Shown here in pieces: positions 39,133 through 53,039 of a DNA stretch of 64,000 nucleotides. Position numbers and translations under genes: made by a program. The notes under the pieces are model-generated. The model worked only from the letters and a program-made list of their open reading frames with translations. It made no database searches and was not told where the DNA came from. Location of the stretch: positions 63,798,001-63,862,000 of the forward strand of contig OX597823.1 in the NCBI GenBank assembly GCA_951406725.2, written 5' to 3'. Position 1 is the stretch's first letter. Every line of letters starts with the position of its first letter. Origin of the DNA: Octopus vulgaris (lineage: Eukaryota).

Positions 39133-39219
39133 ACTTCCCTGAAGAGAAGATTACATTGTTTTACATCTTTTATTCTTTTGAATAATATCAGTGAAATCTT
39201 CGAAACATGTGTCGGAAGT
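39133..39219 (+). ncRNA. Canonical type I hammerhead ribozyme
   Basis: Stem I acttcc/ggaagt, CTGAAGA (39139-39145), 7-bp stem II gaagatt/aatcttc closed by G-C, GAAA (39202-39205), near-palindromic stem III ACATGTGT and a GUC triplet (39211-39213). Confidence 0.8.
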
Positions 39220-40099
39220 AAAAGTATTTGAATTATACCTGCATTAAACCTTATTTATTTATTTATATATATATATATACACACACACACACTCATACAT
39301 ATATATATATATATACAACAGAATTCTTTTAGTTTTCATCTACCAAATCCACTCACAAGGCTTTGGTCTGGCCAAGGCTATAGTAGAAAACACTTACCTA
39401 AAGTGTCATGCAGTGAGACTGAACATGAAACTATGTAGTTGGGAAGTAAATTGCTTACCACACAACCTCATTTATCAGAGTAATCTGAATGTTAAAGGAT
39501 TAAACTACTTTTGCTATAACTGATTATTTACTAAACTGCCTGTGACCATCTCTGGTTCTATCATACAAAATCTCTTGTTTTAATAATTCATACTGAAATT
39601 CTCTCATCACAGTTTTATGTAAGGGTTTTCACTGAATTTGTTATACTAAAAATGGTTTTTGGAAACATAAGTGATTAGGCCAAATATTTTAATTAGATAC
39701 TTATAAATTCTTGATTATTTTCAAAGTAAGTTAAAACATATTGATAAAATACTTCATTAGAAATAAGGTCACAAACAAGTTAATAATTAAATACAAATGC
39801 TATGAAAACCTATTTTACTTTATAAATCCATACTGATTAAAAATTCTTTGTCTGAAAGCAAATTAAAAATTTTATTTGCTGAGTTTCACTGGAAGCAACT
39901 CATAACCATGGATAATTTCATCAACGAATTATTTTTATCAAAATAAGTGGATCCTAGACTTTCCTTTTTCTTTGTTATAAGCTAGTTATTGTTGTCAAAA
40001 GGGTTTCATTTCAAAGCGGTCACAATAAGTGGCGTCTACCATATATCCATATGCATACATGCATCCATCCATATACATACTATATATATATTTCTTCTA

Positions 40100-40455
40100 T
40101 TATTTTACTTGTTTCAGTCATTTGACTGCAGCCATGCTGGAGCACTGCCTTGAAGGGTTTTAGTTGAATAAATCAACCCAAAGACTTATTTCTTAAGCCT
40201 AGTAATTATCGTTACAGGATTGTAGACACACCAACACTGGCTGTCAAGTAGTGATAGGGTGGGGACAAACACAGATACAAAGACACACACACAACAAACT
40301 TATTTCAGTTTCTCTCTACCAAATCCACTCACAAGGCTTTGGTCAGCTTGGGGCTCTAGTAGAAGGCACTTGCCCAAGGTGCCATGCAGTAGGACTGAAC
40401 CTGGAACCATGTGGCTGGGAAGCAAGCTTCTTACCACACATCCATGCCTGTGCCT
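40100..40455 (-). mobile_element. SINE family A
   Basis: Reverse complement of the family consensus seen at 27122-27551. Confidence 0.82.
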
Positions 40456-40589
40456 GGACACAAATGAAGTGCAGTGGAATAACCAGCAGGTTATTAGAGA
40501 AAGTAGACCTTGGATATGGCAGACACACAAAAGCAATAAATATTAGAAGCAGACAGGAAATAGATTTTCTCAAATTCACAGTAAGACCT

Positions 40590-41070
40590 CATGAGGTAGC
40601 AGATAGCATTAATTAGTAGGGGTGGAGGGTGTGCTGAAAGTATTTTAGTTAAGAGTGTAAAAGTCCAGAGAGTTATTACCTCTGTTGGTATCAAAAGGTT
40701 TTCTCTCTCAGAGTGAAAGGCAGACTGTACGATGCTTGTGTGTGAGGTGCAATGCCTCATGAAGTGCAATGAGACATGGACCTTGAAAGGAGAGGATATG
40801 TGAAGACTAGAAAGAGATGAAGCAAGCATGCTTGGTTATATGTGCATGAATAACGGAGTGTAAATAATGGAATGTGAACAGCAGAGCATGAACAGCAGGG
40901 TATGAACAGCAGAGTGTGAACAGCAGAGCATGACCAGCAGGGCATGAACAGCAAAACGTGAACAGCAGAGCGTGAACAGCAGAGCATGAAGAGTAGAGTA
41001 TAAATGTGTTGAAAGAAAAACTGGGTATAATAGGAATCTGAAGTAGTGTGCAAGAATAGGCATGTATGCA
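40590..41070 (+). mobile_element. Degenerate RTE ORF fragment with an internal 14-nt tandem expansion
   Basis: Homologous to about 14900-15245 (ctctcagagtgaaaggcagactgtacgatgc...). (gcatgaacagcaga)n at about 40870-40990. Confidence 0.72.
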
Positions 41071-41917
41071 GTTACACAACGAACTTGAAACAACAGCCAA
41101 CTTTCCCTCAGATCTCATGCTACTGTCTTAAAAAATAACATTGTGTTAGATGATGTAAGCCAAGAGGCTCTAGAATAAGTGGGTTGGTCACCACAGGAAT
41201 GTCTTTGATCATAAGTCAGTTGTATCAAGGTAGACAGGCCTCAATTTTATTGCCAATTAGAGGCTGATCACAGGAAACCTGTTTCCAATTTCTGATTGGA
41301 ACAAATTCACTTCACACACATTGCTAATATCCACAAGAAAAGAAAGGCATGAACATCAGATAATCTCATTTGTTGCCACTTTATTTCCACTTCCCAACAT
41401 TGCAAGTCTGATCAGCTGAAGTTTTCACATAACAGAATAAACAGAGAGAGAGAAAATCCTAGTAAATAAAATGAAAACTGAGTTAAAAAAGAAAAAAAAT
41501 TATTAAAATAAAATTTCTAAAAAAAACTAGTCTAATTATCTTAATTATTAATTGTGGATTTCACAGGATTAACTAATTACTTTACAAAACAACCAACCAA
41601 CATACCATCAAAACGGAACTTCCCTCCCCCATCAAAACAAATAAAAAGACAATGCAATCAACAGTGTTTTGCAAAAAGATATAAAAAAAAAGAGATGAAG
41701 TGATGAGGGGCAAAGATATGTGTTGTTATGAGAACGATACATAATATAAACACAATATCAGAGGCACACACAGATGCATGTACACAGGGTGAAGGTGAAG
41801 TGTTTGTGAGAAAAAAGCAAGCAGTGGAATGTTTAGTAAACAAAAGAGTTTGGAGAAAAAAGACAAGAGATAGAGCAAGAGGAACAGAGAGAGAGAGAGA
41901 GAAACGAAAAAATGCAC

Positions 41918-41957
<40 letters not shown>

Positions 41958-43544
41958 AAGCTTGTGCCATTGTTCTGTTTATCTTCTAGAGCTCCTCTGC
42001 ATTGAAAACACAAGAACATCTACAGATGGTTGAGACACACAACAACAACAACAACAGTTGAAACAAATAAAAAAGAAAATTTCTTTCTTAAACATTATCT
42101 TAACAACAACAACAACAACACAAACAACGACAACAACAACGACAACAACAACAACTAAAATTGATAATAATTATATGGCGATAAGAACAAACAATGATCT
42201 ATACATTGAATGAGTTAATTAGTATTTTGCTTTGCAATATGAGGATAACAATGATGATGATGATGATGATGGTAAAAACATTAACGATGATAACAATATT
42301 GATAAAAAATGCTGCGCTGATGATGATGATGATGCTAATAATGATGTCCACAATACTGATGATACCAACAATATTGATGACGATGAAGATTACCATAATG
42401 GGATGCTACTAAGAATAATAATGATGATGCTGAAAATTATGTTAATGATTAAAAAAGATTAATAAATGCTGTATAAAATAATCTTGCATTTTTATTCTTT
42501 CTTAATGTTCATTTTTTTTTTTCAATTTCTTTTTTTCCTTCTATAATCCTTTCATGAAGGAAATTTGTTGATATTTTAAGGTTTGTTGTTTAAAGCAATA
42601 AAATATTGCAATGACAACTACAACAGCTATACAACATGAGATGTTTTTGTCAAATGTACTTTATCATATTGCTCACAACAACAACAACAACAATAATAAT
42701 AATAATGATAATAATGATAATAATAATAATCCATTTTACGGAAAGCACAAGGCCTGAAATTTGTGGGGGAGGGACTAGTTGATTGCATCAACCCTGATGT
42801 TTAACTGGTACTTAAGCTATCGATCCCCCTGCCAAAAAGGATGAAAGGCAAAGTCAACCTCAGCAGAATTTGAACTCAGAACATGAGGATTGATGAAATA
42901 CCTATTTCTTTACTACCCACAAGGGGCTAAACACAGAGAGAACAAACAAGGACAGACAAACGGATTAAGTCAATTATATTGACCCCAGTGCGTAACTGGT
43001 ACTTATTTAATCGACCCCGAAAGGATGAAAGGCAAAGTCAACTTTGGCAGAATTTGAACTCAGTACGTAGCAACAGGCAAAATGTTGCTAACTATTTCAT
43101 CCAGTGTGTTAATGATTCTGCCAGCTCGCTGCCATAATAATAATAATAATAATAATAATAATAGTAAAGAGAAAGAATTTGGAATTGAGACTTACATTGT
43201 TGACCATCAAGAAAAGTGTTATCCTGGATTCTGCAAGAATCCTAAGAAATATTTTTTGCAATTAGAAGAGACTTGTTGTCACCAAACCTTAAGATGATAT
43301 CCCTGCTAATTAAATTAACATGTAATAGCTTTGGAATAATAATGATAATAATAATAATAATAATAATGATAAGCCTTTCAATGAAAAGCACAAGGCATGG
43401 AATTTTGTTCGGGTGGGGCTAGCTGATAACGACAACCTCAGTTCTCAACTGGTGCTTATTTTATCAACCAAAGAAGAATGAAAAGCAAAATCAACCTTGA
43501 AAGAATTTGAACTCAGAATATAGAAACAGAATATACTTAGAGAT

Positions 43545-44015
43545 GTACCATCCACTCTTGCCATTTTAGCAACTTTCACTCACCTTTCAATAAACTCACT
43601 CGAAGATAGCACTTCCCTCTCCACTCTCAATTTCCTTTTAAAGTGAAACTTGCAGAATTCAATGAGAGCACTACCAAAGAGGAATGTATCTGTCCTCATA
43701 CCTCTCAGCCTTGTCCACCAAACAACCTCTTTTGCCACAGCCACCAGGCAAAGGAAAACTGCCAGGCCGGCCCAACTGAAGGATTTTATCTCGAACTGGT
43801 AGCACTGACAGGCCAAGGACATCTGGAAATTATCCATGATAGTTCCTTTCTGGAAAATCCTCCAGAAAAGTCTAGCCTGTTCATTCTTATCGGTGCCCAG
43901 AGTCTCCCCAAGAATGTCACACTTACCCGCTACTAATCTTCTATAAACTTCAAAAGTAGAACATCCACCAATCCCATTGCCCGACTGGTAGAGGGTTGTG
44001 AGTTTCTGACGACAT
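43545..44015 (-). mobile_element. L1/Tx1-type LINE ORF2 C-terminal fragment
   Basis: LFWRIFQKG...FLCLVAVAKEVVWWTRL...FHFKRKLRVERE...FIER resembles the C-terminus of Tx1-clade ORF2 (recalled, not searched). Confidence 0.55.
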
Positions 44016-44226
44016 CCTAGGTTCCTTTCTACTGCAAGCACAAGGCCTGAAATTTTGGGGGAGGGGTAAATCAATCACATTGACTCCAGTATTCAACTAG
44101 TACTTAATTTATCGACCCCAAAAGGATGAGAGGCAAAGTTGACCTCACCAGGATTTGAACTCAGAACATAAAGACAGATGAAATGCCACTAAGCATTTTG
44201 CTAATAATTCTGCTGGGTCACTGCCT

Positions 44227-44257
<31 letters not shown>

Positions 44258-47077
44258 GGTTCAAATTTTACCACAAGGGCAGCTATTTGGAGTGGGGGAA
44301 TTAATTGATTACATTGACCTCAGTGTTTCATTACTACTTAATGTATTGACCTTGAAAGGGTGAAAGGCAAAGTTGACATCAGCGGAACTTGAACTCACAA
44401 CATAGCAGCAGATGAAATACCACTAAGCATTTTGCCTGGCATGCTAACAATCCTGCCTTCAATAATAATAACAACAACAACAATAATAACAATTGTTTCT
44501 AATTTTGGTATAAGGCCTGCAGTTTTGAAGGGAGGTGGTAAATTGGTTTCATTGACTCCAGCATTTAGCCGGTACTTTATTTTATCTCCTCTGAAAGGAA
44601 GAATGGTAAAAGCCAATCTCGGCAGGATTGGAAGTCAGAGTGTGAAAAACCAGAATGACTGCTGCAAAGCATTTTCTCCTGACACTTTAATATCATACCA
44701 CAGTGCCATGCATTAAGAGTGAACCTGAAACAGCACTTCTGCACACACACACACACACACACTCACTCAGATAATTCTTTTGCTGATTTCAAATATCAGA
44801 CCTGACTGCGTGTGGTCTTGCTTTCATACAGTTTCAGTTTATTTTATGGAAACATAAATGGTTTTAAAATATTCACTACAAGAAAAGAAAAAAAAACAAA
44901 ACAAAAAAATATGCTTACAAAATGTGTTGGCGACAACAACTCTAATGGCAGTGATAAGATAAAGCACTGGTGTTAATAATGTGCTGGTGTGTCTCCGGAA
45001 ATATCATGAGAGTATAGTAAGTGTTGATATAATAAAAAGCACCTGCTTCATGGTGTAAAGTGATGGATGAGCATCAAACTGTGCTCCTTAAAAAGGGGAA
45101 GGAATGTGTGAGGAGAAGCAATATAGAAGGAGCTTATTATCTCAGAAACAAACAAATGCTGGTGACACAATAAAATCCACCTGAGCCATGCTCTAAAGTA
45201 GCAATTGGTGATAGAAAAGGCATCATCATTGTCATCATTCATTTAACTTTCCATTTTCCATGCTTGCATGGGTTGATCAGAGATTATTGGAGGCAGATTT
45301 GTTTTTACAGCCAGATGCAGTTCTTGTTGCCAACCCTCACCCTGTTTCCAAACAAGGTAATATTTCCCCATGGAAGGCGGTGAACTGGCAGAAATGTTAG
45401 CATGTTGGGTGAAATGCTTAGCAGTATTTCGTCTGTCATTACGTTCTGAGTTCAAATTCTGCTGAGATCGACTTTGCCTTTCATCCGTTTGGGGTCAATA
45501 AATTATGTACTAGCCGTTTGGGGTCGATAAATTAAGTACAATGAATTAAATACGAGTTGGGTACTGGAGTTGATCTAATTGACTGGTACCCTCTCCAAAA
45601 ATTTCAGGCTTTGTACCTAGATTAGAAAAGAATATTTCCCCATGGACAGACATGTCCAAGCAGAATATTAGAAATGAATGACACTGCTTGTACAACTGTG
45701 ACACAAATACACACACACAAACAGCAGGCTTCTTTCAGTTTCCATCTACCAAATCCACTCAGGTTTTGGTTGGCCTGAAGCCATAGTAGGAAACACTTGT
45801 CCCAGTTACTATACAGTGGGACTGAACCTGAAATTATGTGAATGGGAAGCAAATATCTTACCACACAGCCATGTCTGAGCATGCATTTTCAAAATCAATA
45901 ACAAGAATGGCTGATTTTCTCTTTTGCTCTGTTTCAGATACTAAAGGACACAAGTGATGAAGTGGTAGGAAACCTGTTCAACCCATGCTGGCATGGCAAA
46001 ACTGATGTATATTAACATTTGCAAACAATGATACTGATAAATAACAAGTAACAACAACAATTAGTAATGAGCCAATGTGGGAGCTTCTATACACTTTCTT
46101 GACTTGCTAGGAATAGCAGCTAAATCATCTTCGAATCAAACTACGAAGTGATTCTCAGTTTTTTTGACGTCATCACACACAGGAAACCAAATATAAAATT
46201 TACATTCACACTTTTTATTTCTTACTTGCTTCAATCATTAGACTGTGGTCATGCTGAGGCACCTCCTCGAAGAATTTTTAGTTGAATCAACCCCACCTCC
46301 AATACTTATTCTTTCAATCTCTTTTGCTGAACTACTAAATTATGGGATGTAAATAGACCAATACCGGTTGTCAAGCAGTGGTGGAAGACAAACACGGATG
46401 CAAAGACACATACACGCACTTTCGATGGGTTTCTTTCAGATTCTGTCTACCCAAATCCACTCACAAGGCTTTGGTCAGTGTGAAGTTATATAGAAGATAC
46501 TTGCCCCAAGGTTCCATGCATGAGACAGAACCTGGAAACATGTGGTTGAGAAGTATGCTTCTTAACACGCAGCCACATAGAAAGTTTAAATTATAAAAAT
46601 CCTATGCTTTATACTTGAAAAATATATTAAAATAAATGTATAGAAAGTAATTTTTATGACCATTTAAAACAACAAGAATCAAATTGATGAAGAAGTTATT
46701 ACTTTTCAATACATTCTGGAAGATTTGAACATTATTGTCAGTCACTGTTGTATATCACCCCTGGAGAACACCTCCTTTCATATGATGTGCATTGACAGCA
46801 CACTTGATTCTGTGACACAGATCTACTTGAGACCAGTGTTTTTGATCTGATTATGTCTCTTCAAAAACTCTATACTTGGAATGACCAATTTTAAATTCTA
46901 TTGGATTTTACTCATAAGGTATTGGAATAGTATATGTGCACCATTCTGCCTAAAAAAATGGATCTACAAATGCAATATCCGTACATATCTCACATCTATT
47001 TTCTTTTATTTCCTCCATCTCGCCCTCTGTTTTATATCTTATCTAAATTAACTATTTCTTAACCATCCTCTCACACC

Positions 47078-47125
47078 GTCTCCGATGAAGGGATATAATA
47101 AATATCCTGGAAACAGCTGTAAGAC
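47078..47125 (+). ncRNA. Minimal Penelope-type hammerhead motif with a U4-to-C substitution
   Basis: gtct-CCGATGA-a-gggatat aataa atatcct-g-GAAA-CAGCTG-TA-agac. Perfect palindromic stem III ACAGCTGT. Confidence 0.6.
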
Positions 47126-47220
47126 CTAACTATAAATGTTCTAAAATCTATACAGCCTTGGTTTTTTTATCTCATTAAGAAAAAAAACTTATATACATAA
47201 TATATATATACATAATATAT

Positions 47221-47261
<41 letters not shown>

Positions 47262-47268
<7 letters not shown>

Positions 47269-47834
47269 ATACCTCCGATTACAAGGACCTGCTTTATGAG
47301 GTCCCAGTTTTAGTCTTATTTTATGATAAATATAAAAAGGTTAAAACACAAGATCCAAATCTTGAACAATGTGCAAATATTTCTATCATAACAAATGCTT
47401 CTGCATGTTACCAAGAAATTTATAGAGAGTGAAGCAAAGCTTCTTCTAAGCAAGCAAATCTAAACTTGTTTGTTAAAAAGAAATCTACAAGTCCATCTAT
47501 GAGTGCTTGTGAATCGGTGATCATGTCTACAAGTGATGGAGTGCATGAGTCTAGTGCGAGTGAAAGTGATTCAGAAAACAATTATATCAATATTTTTATT
47601 ATAAATGATTTTGACATTCTTTTTACTTTACATTAAGTATTCTTTACATTCTACAATTGTTTTATTGCCATTTATTTACCATTATTATAAATTTTATCGA
47701 TAAGATACTTTTCTGGGAATGAACCATGATTTATAACATTGCTACCGTGGGAAATTATTGCTCTGCTTTATGAGTATTTGCATTATGAGCGGTCTCTGGG
47801 AACAAATTAATTTGTATATCGAAGCATTATTGTA
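47262..47834 (+). mobile_element. pogo/Tigger-like non-autonomous DNA transposon
   Basis: TA-flanked CAG.aatacctc termini. The internal remnant ACYQEIYRE*SKASSKQANLNLFVKK resembles a pogo transposase C-terminus. Confidence 0.6.
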
Positions 47835-48885
47835 TGTATATACAGAGAGAGAGGGGCATAATTGTGTTAAGAAAATTCACTTTTAAATCATATTGTTCTG
47901 TGTTCAGTCCCATTGCATGTTGAAGTGGGACGATTAGTACCTTGTGAGTGGAATGTTCTATATTGAAACTAAGCAGAAACCATTATCATTATACCTGTGT
48001 GTGTGTTCCTGTTTATTCCAGGTTAAAATCTAGTGTTCTCGCTAATGTTTTTGCCTCTTCATGTTCTGTAAATTACTAATTTGAGAAGTAGAAAATAATA
48101 GAATAAGTTCCACGTTGAAATAAGTACTGGGATTACAATCCTTACCGAAAATCCTTGCAAGCAGTACTCCAGTATTGGCTGCAGACCAAATGAGAGAAAC
48201 CAATGCAAAATATATATTTGCATATAGCACATGCACTGTGCAGCTGTGAGTCTATTTTTGCAATTCTTCGTCTCTTTTTAATTCTATAAACTGAATAACC
48301 ATCTTGTCACTATGAATGGCAGTGAGCGCACATAGAAGAACATATTGTAAGGAAATATTTCGATAGCTTTTTATTGCTGATTGATACTCCTCTCATAAAC
48401 TACTTCCTTTTCTCTCACCACCTTCCAGTCCATTTCCTTCCATTCACATATACATCAAACTCAGACACGAAGACACCATTTTTTTTTTAATGGTGTTTTT
48501 TATGGCAGTTGGCTTTTTGCCTTTTTTTTTTTTCTTTTACACACTAGGAAAGTTAAAAATTTAAATTAAAAATAGTAATAAAAAATAAAACATCATAAAA
48601 GTAAAGAAATTTACACATAAGATTTTTAAAAAATCCAAATAAATGTCAACAATTGGTTAAGCACATTAAATCAGAACTTGCTAATTTGCTTACTCTATTT
48701 TTACTTTGAGAAATTTTTCGAAAAAATGCTATTATTTCTTTTTATATTTTTTCCTTTAAAACTAAAAAGTGTTTTTCCTGTAATGTGTGTGTGTGTGTGC
48801 ATATATATAGATATATATATATTAATATTAATGTTCATGCCTCTCCGTTTTTTCCCCTAATGAAGTGCAAGTTGCTGCAATTTTG

Positions 48886-48960
<75 letters not shown>

Positions 48961-49994
48961 TGCATGTATACATGTATGTGTGCATGTGTTTGTAAACTTT
49001 TAGAAGATTTTACTAAGTGAATAGAAAACTTAAATATTTAATCTTTGTCTGGGAAACTATAATCTGCACAGATTCAAAGAAATTATTATTATTGTTAATA
49101 ATAATAATAATGGTAATAATAATAATGGTAATAACAATAATGGTAATAATAATAATAATAATGATAATAATAATATTTCTTCAAACTGCTAACCTAACAA
49201 TGACTAACCTTTGCAGATTAAAAGATCAGCTTTTACATTAAAAACACAAAAATATAAATGTAAAAGGGGGAAAAAAAGTTCATTACACACACACACTCAC
49301 GCACAAACATACACATTTCTTTCTTGTACGCATCTGGTAAAAAGTTTTCATCTGAAATTCTTGTGGTGAAACAAATATTGAATCATGTGGCTGAAATCAG
49401 TGAACAGGTCACAGAAAATTTAATGCAAAGAAAGTGATACACGGAATAAAATAATTAAACACATACAAATATTAATAATGTTTAAAAATAATTAGATTGT
49501 GGATATAAACTATTTATAAAAATGAATCTTCTTAAAAGCAACTAATGTACATCATCATCATCATCGTCATCTTTTAATGTTCTCTTTTCTGTGCTTGCAT
49601 GGGCAAGATGGAATTTGTTGAGGCAGACTATTTTTTTTATGATTGTTTCCAGGCAAGGTAACATTTCTCCATGGCCAGACATATTTCTCATGGAAAATTG
49701 AAAATGAACAACATTACTTGTATGATGATGATGATACCCATTTACAACCAGTATGTCATATCAAGATAAAGGTATGCACATACACATGTTGCAAGCCTGC
49801 AAAAGGGATGCAGGGGACATGCCTGTATGCAAGGACAACCTCGATTTTATGATTTTACTTAGCTTGACGTGTCCTCTCAAGCACAGCAAACCACCAGGAA
49901 TCTTGGTCCTCTGCCATCCCTTCTGTGAAGCCCAGTGTCTGAACATCCTTTTCCACTACTTTGTCCCTTTTTTTCCTGGGTCTCAATTTTACTT

Positions 49995-50338
49995 AGGAAT
50001 AAGAGTGGCTGTGTGGTAAGCAGTTAGCTTATGAACTGCATGGTTCCCAGTTCAGTCCCACTGCGTGGCACCTTGGGCAAGTGTTTTCTTCCATAGCCTC
50101 AAGCCAACCAAAGCCTTGTGAGTGGATTTGGTAGACAGAAACTGAAAGAAGCCCATCGTATATATGTATATATATATGTGTGTGTGTGTATGTATGTATA
50201 TATATATATATACAAAAGAGACTGATAGAATAAGTACTAGGCTTACAAAGAATAAGTCCTGGGGTCGATTTGCTTGACTAAAGGTGGTGCTCCAGCATGG
50301 CCACAGTCAAATGACTGAAACAAGTAAAAGAGTAAAAA
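49995..50338 (+). mobile_element. SINE family A, internally deleted
   Basis: Head and tail match the family consensus. The segment after the microsatellite is missing. Confidence 0.8.
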
Positions 50339-50742
50339 AAGTATGTCTTCTCAAGTACAGCAAACCACCAGGAGTCTTGGTCCCCTGTCATCTCCTCAGT
50401 GAGGCTCAACACACACGACACACTTCCAGTTTCTGCCAGTAAAATCCACCCACAAGGTTTTAGTTGACCCAGGGCTGTAGTAGAAGACACTTGCCCAAGG
50501 TGTTACACATTGAGATTGAACCGAAGACCATATGGTTAAGAAGCAAGCTTCTTAGCCACACTAGTATAGGCAGATATTTCATTATGGTCAGACGTCAATC
50601 CTTAGCTTTTATAAGAAAGCCAACTGTTTCATTTTGTTAGTTACCGCACATCTTCTGAACTACAGTATGTTTGTTCACAGGAGAAAATAAACAATAACAT
50701 TCTTTCACTTAGTGCTCATGATAACACATTGAGATGATATTT

Positions 50743-50777
<35 letters not shown>

Positions 50778-51135
50778 CACACATATGGGATTCCTTGCAG
50801 CTTCCATTTACTAGTTTCACTTACAAGGCATTAGGAGAATACCTCATCCCACAATGTCCTGCAGTGGGAAAGAACCTGAAGTCATATAGTTGCAAAGTGA
50901 ACATCATAACTACACAGGCATACATGAGCCTACGTACACACTGACACATATACCAGTTATCCTTTTACTGGGTTCAGACATCAGACTATGGCCATATAGA
51001 GACCCAACCTTCAACTGGTTCTCATCAATTATATTGTTCCCAGTATTTTGTCTGGTACATATTCTATTGATCTTGGGAAGAGAAAAGACAAAACAGACTT
51101 GGAGATCTGAATTCATAATGTAATGGGGATGTAAC

Positions 51136-51588
51136 GATTTCTTTACTACCCGCAAGGGGCTAAACACAGAGAGGACAAACAAGGATAGACAAATGTATTA
51201 AGTTGATTATATCGACCCCAGTGCGTAACTGGTACTTATGTAATCGACCCCAGTGCGTAACTGGTACTTATGTAATCGACCCCGAAAGGATGAAAGGCAA
51301 AGTCGACCTCGGTGGAATTTGAACTCAGAACGTAGCGGCAGACGAAATACCTGTTTCTTTACTACCCACAAGGGGCTAAACACAGAGGAGACAAACAAAG
51401 ACAGACAGACGGATTAAGTCGATTATAACGACCCCAGTGAGTAACTGGTACTTAATTTATCGACTCCGAAAGGATGAAAGGCAAAGTCGACCTCGGTGGA
51501 ATTTGAACTCAGAACGTAACGGCAGATGAAATATCGTTAAGCATTTCACCTGGCGTGCTAACGTTTCTGCCAGCTCGCTGCCTTACAT
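51136..51588 (-). mobile_element. Dimeric SINE family B inserted as one unit with a 13-bp TSD
   Basis: Two tandem bodies, one with an internal 28-nt duplication. TSD atggggatgtaac at 51123-51135 and 51589-51601. Confidence 0.85.
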
Positions 51589-53039
51589 ATGGGGATGTAA
51601 CTAAATACCACAATTCTGTTCCTGCTGCATAAACATACACAGAGATGCACACACATACATACATCTAGGTGTAAAAATGGGAGAAAATGAACTCTAAACA
51701 GGAGAGTTTATTTGTTTAAAGTTGATGATGCACGCTGTCACTGAATTAAGCACATCTAAGTCATATATTGCATTTGAAGTCTTAATTTTTCTAAGCAAAT
51801 AAGTAACTGAGCTCTCTGGTCCATTGCAAGCATGCAGAGATCCCTTTGTTACAATGCAGTCTTGAGTGGGCATTTTCTACTGCAGGCTCAAGCTATCTAA
51901 TCCCTTGTAAGTATATAAATGGTTGTCAGACTGTAAGGAAGCCCATTGTGTGTGTGTAAATGTTTTTATTCCATGTCATTACATGAAAAGTATTGAACAG
52001 AAAAAAAAGGATGTCTATTGATATTCCCAAATAATAATCCATCCTGTAGCTTTGCACTTTCAAAGGTGAATAAAATAAAATGTCTGTTTATTTGCGAAAC
52101 AAGTAAGGGTTAGTGACAGCAAGGGTATCTCACTAAACTAATTTCTCAAAAGATATGCTTACAACCCATACTAGCAAGGAAAAGCTTACAACTCATACTA
52201 GCAAGGAAAAATCAATGCAAAACAAATGAATCAGTATTTTCCCAGCCAGTCTAACAACTACGATAATCATGAGTAAAACACAATACATGTGGTTAATGGT
52301 TCCATAAAGAACAGGGGAACTGTTAATATATTTTATTTTTTCTTGAGTTTTAGGACATAAGCTTTTCTTGGTTTCCATGGCATATAAATGACTGAGATCC
52401 CTGGTCCATAGCAGGACTCAAGATCAGCAATTTTTGAGGGGAAGGGGATAAGTCACATCAACCTCAGTACTTGACTGATGCTTTATTTTATTGACCCCAA
52501 TGGGATGAAAGAACAAAAGTGACCTCAGCAAAATTTGAACTAAGGAAGCAAGGGACTGGAAGAAATGCTGCTAAGCATTTTGTCCAATATGCTAATGATT
52601 CTGCAAGCTTGTTACCTTTTAAGAAAGGAATACATTTCATTAAATCAACACTACTATTATTTGACTTGTACTTCTTTTATCAACACTAAGATAATGAAAG
52701 CAGAAATTAACACCAAAAGGATTTGAACTTAGAATAGGATGGGGCATTTCTAAATACTATTTAGGATTTTGTTCTGCATTTTATCAATCCTGTTATTAAA
52801 AATTCCCTATATAAGCACAAGGCTAGAAATTTGGGGAGTGAGAAGAAACAATTGCATTGATGCCAGCACTTGACTGTAACTTATTTCATTGATACTTGAA
52901 GGATGAAAGACAGCGTTGACTTGGCAGGATTTGAACTCAGAATGTAAAGAGATGAAAGAAATAGAGTGAGACATTTTACCCAACCCTCTGACTATTCTGT
53001 CAATCTATCACCCTCTGTGTCAAGTACTACAGTCAATAC

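Larger units (their letters stand above)
37772..39503. mobile_element. TTAA-MITE split by a nested stack (SINE A, RTE tail, inverted repeat, hammerhead)
   Basis: MITE left part 37772 to about 37970 and right end 39469-39503 (cagagtaatctgaatgttaaaggattaa). SINE A halves at about 37975-38180 and 39290-39465. Confidence 0.72.

Noticed and set aside
49395-49450. Another GTGAACAggtc...GAAA motif
   Set aside because: Stems II and III cannot be formed. Too degenerate to call.
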